This document shows positions 59,997 through 62,845 of a DNA stretch of 62,845 nt, piece after piece (position 1 is the first letter of the stretch; each line of letters starts with the position of its first letter). The stretch comes from an uncultured Desulfobacula sp. (lineage in GTDB: Bacteria > Desulfobacterota > Desulfobacteria > Desulfobacterales > Desulfobacteraceae). The stretch lies in assembly GCA_964457495.1 (NCBI GenBank), contig CAYWGN010000003.1, positions 1-62,845 of the forward strand, given 5' to 3'. The translations under genes and the position numbers were made by a program. The notes under the pieces were generated by a model that worked only from the letters and a program-made list of their open reading frames with translations, was not told the DNA's origin and did not search any database.

Positions 59997-60431
59997 ATGA
60001 AAATAGTTTCCATTGCCGTGAGCAAAAAAAAAGGCACCATAAAAAATTGTATCCCTGAGGCAGAACTTGTAGAAAATCACGGGATCAAAGAAGATGCTCA
60101 CGCAGGCGACTGGCACAGGCAATTAAGTTTCCTGGCTTCGGAAAGTATTGAAAATGCCAGCAAAGAGGATTTTAAACTAAACTTCGGGGATTTCGCTGAA
60201 AATATTGCAACAACGGGAATTGACTGGAAAAGCCAGCCCATAGGTCAGGTTTTTAAACTAGGAAAAACCGCGCTCGTGGAAATCACCCAGATTGGAAAAG
60301 AATGCCATAAAAAATGTGCCATTTTTTATCGGACCGGGGATTGTATTATGCCCAAGGAAGGTGTATTTGCTAAAATCCTTCAAGGCGGAATGATTAAGGT
60401 TGGGGACAAAATAGGACGTGTCAACAAGTAA
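59997..60431 (+). CDS. MOSC domain protein
   Basis: DAHAGDWHRQLS, GDFAENI, TQIGKECH and GDCIMPKEG motifs. Confidence 0.9.
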   Translation: MKIVSIAVSKKKGTIKNCIPEAELVENHGIKEDAHAGDWHRQLSFLASESIENASKEDFKLNFGDFAENIATTGIDWKSQPIGQVFKLGKTALVEITQIGKECHKKCAIFYRTGDCIMPKEGVFAKILQGGMIKVGDKIGRVNK

Positions 60432-60483
60432 AGAAAAAAATTTATGCTTGGCACAAAATTAAGGATTATTTCAAGGACAATTC

Positions 60484-62238
60484 ATGAGTTATAAAATTGA
60501 GTTAAAGGATGCCCTTAAAGGCTATACATATGACCAGGACAAAATCATATCTCCTGAAGATACAGTGGCAGGATTTAAGGAAAAAACAGCCAGACTGAAT
60601 CTTGATATTTTAAGCCAGACCCGAAGAATTGATAACGGGCGGTTGGACATACCGGTTTTTTTCAGTGAATGCGGCACGGATGCTAAAAATGTGATCGGAA
60701 CAAAAAAGCAAATGGGTAAAGGCGGAACACCTGCTCAGTCAGAAGCCAGTGCAGTGATGGAGCTTGCAGAACGGTTCAGCTTTTTTTCTTTTGTACAAAA
60801 AGCAGAAAATTTTTTCTATTCAACCCCAAAAGACTTGGGTAAAAAAGCCCTTTCCTATGAACAGATTATAAAATCTGTCCATGATAACAAAGAAGATGCC
60901 TTAAAAGTAAAACCAATCTTTGATGGCCTCCCCCTAAAATGGACCAAAGGATATAATCTGACAAAACAACAAGAGATTTTTATCCCCTTTAACTGGTTTT
61001 ATATGATTAATGAATTTAACGGACCCAGTGCAGGCAATTGTACGGAAGAAGCATTAATTCAGGGGATTTGCGAACTGGTCGAACGGCATACATCTTCCAT
61101 TGTCAGCCATGAAAATTTAAATGTTCCAGGAATCAACCTTGATTCTTTTACTGATCCTCTGGTAATTGAAATTCTGAATAAATATAAAAAAGAGGGGATT
61201 AAGGTTTATGCTTCGGATTTTTCCCTGGATACAGGGATCCCCACCATTGCTCTTCTTGCCTGGGACCCCGCAACCTTCCCTGACTTAAGTGAAATTGTCT
61301 GGACGGCTGGCACAGCACCCGACCCTGAGAAAGCCATGAGCCGCGCCCTTACTGAAACAGCCCAGCTTGCAGGAGACTTTAATTCAGGTTCCAATTATGT
61401 GGCCAGCGGCCTGCCCAAATTTACCAATATTGAAGATGCCCAATTTATCACCCACCCTGAAAAGATGATCAACGCAGATACTTTACCTGATCTTTCAAGC
61501 CATAATATCAAAACGGAGGTGGAAAGCCTGATCCAAACTCTTGACAATAAAGGGTATCAGGTCCTTGCCATCAGCACCATGCATAAAAAGCTTGAGGTTC
61601 CGGCATTTTATACCATCATTCCCGGGGCTCATTTCAGGGAAAGAGCCATTGCCGCAAGTGTAGGGATGTTTTCTGCCAGATTAATCACAGAAAGTTTTGA
61701 TCCTGTACAGGCGCTGTCAAAACTGGATGAACTGGAAAAGGCCTTGCCCGGCAAATATTATACAAGCTTTTACAAGGGCCTGATGCTCAACGCTATTTAC
61801 GATCACCAAACCGCTTTAACCCAATTTGAAACTGCCCTGAAAAGAGATCCTGTAAAACTGAATATGCCTGATATCTATTCCCACATGGGAGCATGCTTAA
61901 AAGACCTTGAACAATATGAAAGAGCCATTGAAATCTGCAAACTAGGCCTTAAAATTGATGAGCAGCGCCCGGATATGTTCAATACCATGGGGGTCTGTCA
62001 TTTTATACAAAAAAACCATGAAACCGCCATTACCTGTTTTGAAAAAGCTATAGAGGTTGACCCCTCCCTTGCCATCAACTATGCCAATATCGGTTCAAAT
62101 TACCGGGAGCTGGGAGAAATTAAGCTTGCCATAAAATACTATGAAATGGCCCTGGAAATAGATTCATCCATTACATTTGCCAAAGATAATATTGAAAAAT
62201 TGAAAAACAAACCAATTCATCCTTCTGATCAACGATGA
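60484..62238 (+). CDS. YcaO-like protein with C-terminal TPR repeats
   Basis: GKG....SEASAVMELAER, NGPSAGN...EA...ELVERH and RALTE; TPR tail. Confidence 0.88.
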   Translation: MSYKIELKDALKGYTYDQDKIISPEDTVAGFKEKTARLNLDILSQTRRIDNGRLDIPVFFSECGTDAKNVIGTKKQMGKGGTPAQSEASAVMELAERFSFFSFVQKAENFFYSTPKDLGKKALSYEQIIKSVHDNKEDALKVKPIFDGLPLKWTKGYNLTKQQEIFIPFNWFYMINEFNGPSAGNCTEEALIQGICELVERHTSSIVSHENLNVPGINLDSFTDPLVIEILNKYKKEGIKVYASDFSLDTGIPTIALLAWDPATFPDLSEIVWTAGTAPDPEKAMSRALTETAQLAGDFNSGSNYVASGLPKFTNIEDAQFITHPEKMINADTLPDLSSHNIKTEVESLIQTLDNKGYQVLAISTMHKKLEVPAFYTIIPGAHFRERAIAASVGMFSARLITESFDPVQALSKLDELEKALPGKYYTSFYKGLMLNAIYDHQTALTQFETALKRDPVKLNMPDIYSHMGACLKDLEQYERAIEICKLGLKIDEQRPDMFNTMGVCHFIQKNHETAITCFEKAIEVDPSLAINYANIGSNYRELGEIKLAIKYYEMALEIDSSITFAKDNIEKLKNKPIHPSDQR

Positions 62239-62255
62239 TCCCCCGGAATAAATTG

Positions 62256-62297
62256 GCATTTGTCGAATTTGGCAGTGCTGCCATTTTCGACAAATGG
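62256..62297. terminator. Hairpin between ycaO and the CRISPR trailer
   Basis: CATTTGTCGAATTTGGCAG-TG-CTGCCATTTTCGACAAATG. Confidence 0.6.
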
Positions 62298-62330
62298 TAA
62301 AGAAGCAATGTCCGAACAAGGCCCAATCTT

Positions 62331-62845
62331 TCTGCAATTCCATCCTGGTCTGATTAAAAGTCCGTGACCGAATCCATGGCAGCATGCATCAACTGTGTTT
62401 CAATTCCATCCTGGTCTGATTAAAAGAGGCCACACTATGGATCGTTCCGGCTGTTATTTTATGTTTCAATTCCATCCTGGTCTGATTAAAAGGATGTAAT
62501 TTTTCCCGCTGGCTGTTGGGTTTACAAGTTTCAATTCCATCCTGGTCTGATTAAAAGCAATCTTGACCGTTTGTAATCAATTACCTGGCTGACGTTTCAA
62601 TTCCATCCTGGTCTGATTAAAAGGAGGCTAATAATGTTGACGACCTTGATCAAATAGATGTTTCAATTCCATCCTGGTCTGATTAAAAGCTTGATACTGG
62701 TGATATGCCGTATGATTTTTTCCCGGTTTCAATTCCATCCTGGTCTGATTAAAAGCGGAAAGTATGCAGGTAACACACCTTATCACCCCAGTTTCAATTC
62801 CATCCTGGTCTGATTAAAAGCGGAAAGTATGCAGGTAACACACCT
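62331..62845 (-). CRISPR. CRISPR array, 30-bp repeat, 8 repeats and 7 complete spacers (35-36 bp), continues past the window
   Basis: Repeat GTTTCAATTCCATCCTGGTCTGATTAAAAG at 62331 (degenerate), 62397, 62463, 62528, 62594, 62660, 62726 and 62791. The reverse complement ends ATTGAAAC (type I-B/III-like). Confidence 0.97.

Noticed and set aside
62361-62790. Self-targeting spacers within the window
   Set aside because: No match noticed by eye; not exhaustive, needs BLAST.
1-62845. tRNA, rRNA, transposase, integrase, prophage or cas genes
   Set aside because: None recognised in the sequence or the ORF track.

Overview
AT-rich (roughly 40% GC by eye) bacterial chromosomal segment. Gene content (AOR, Rrf2 pair, sigma-54 systems, FmdE, cobT, UGA-containing DsbA) fits a sulfate-reducing Desulfobacterota, probably Desulfobacteraceae-like; this is inference. 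(1) About 1-26 kb is an amino-acid or amine-derivative utilisation region. It holds two parallel sigma-54 operons with near-identical promoter architecture. One is a PotABCD-like importer plus an unusual tandem-domain KamA-like radical SAM enzyme, an M23-like protein, an M20 hydrolase and a PLP aminotransferase. The other is an Opp importer plus D-aminoacylase. Nearby are a proline-racemase-family/amidohydrolase/PAS-bEBP operon, an ablB-like acetyltransferase and two decayed paralog remnants. (2) An AOR-ferredoxin-radical SAM cluster divergent from an IclR gene. (3) Housekeeping and unknown-function genes with a MITE carrying an 8-bp target-site duplication. (4) A Fe/B12-type ABC transporter, fmdE and a cobalamin riboswitch upstream of cobT. 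(5) A sigma-54 two-component system with an HMA/DUF2318/ABC metal module. (6) A DsbA-like probable selenoprotein split at an in-frame UGA. (7) An Rrf2-Sqr-DUF1641 locus, then MOSC and YcaO-TPR. (8) The trailer end of a CRISPR array running off the right edge, with no cas genes in the window.
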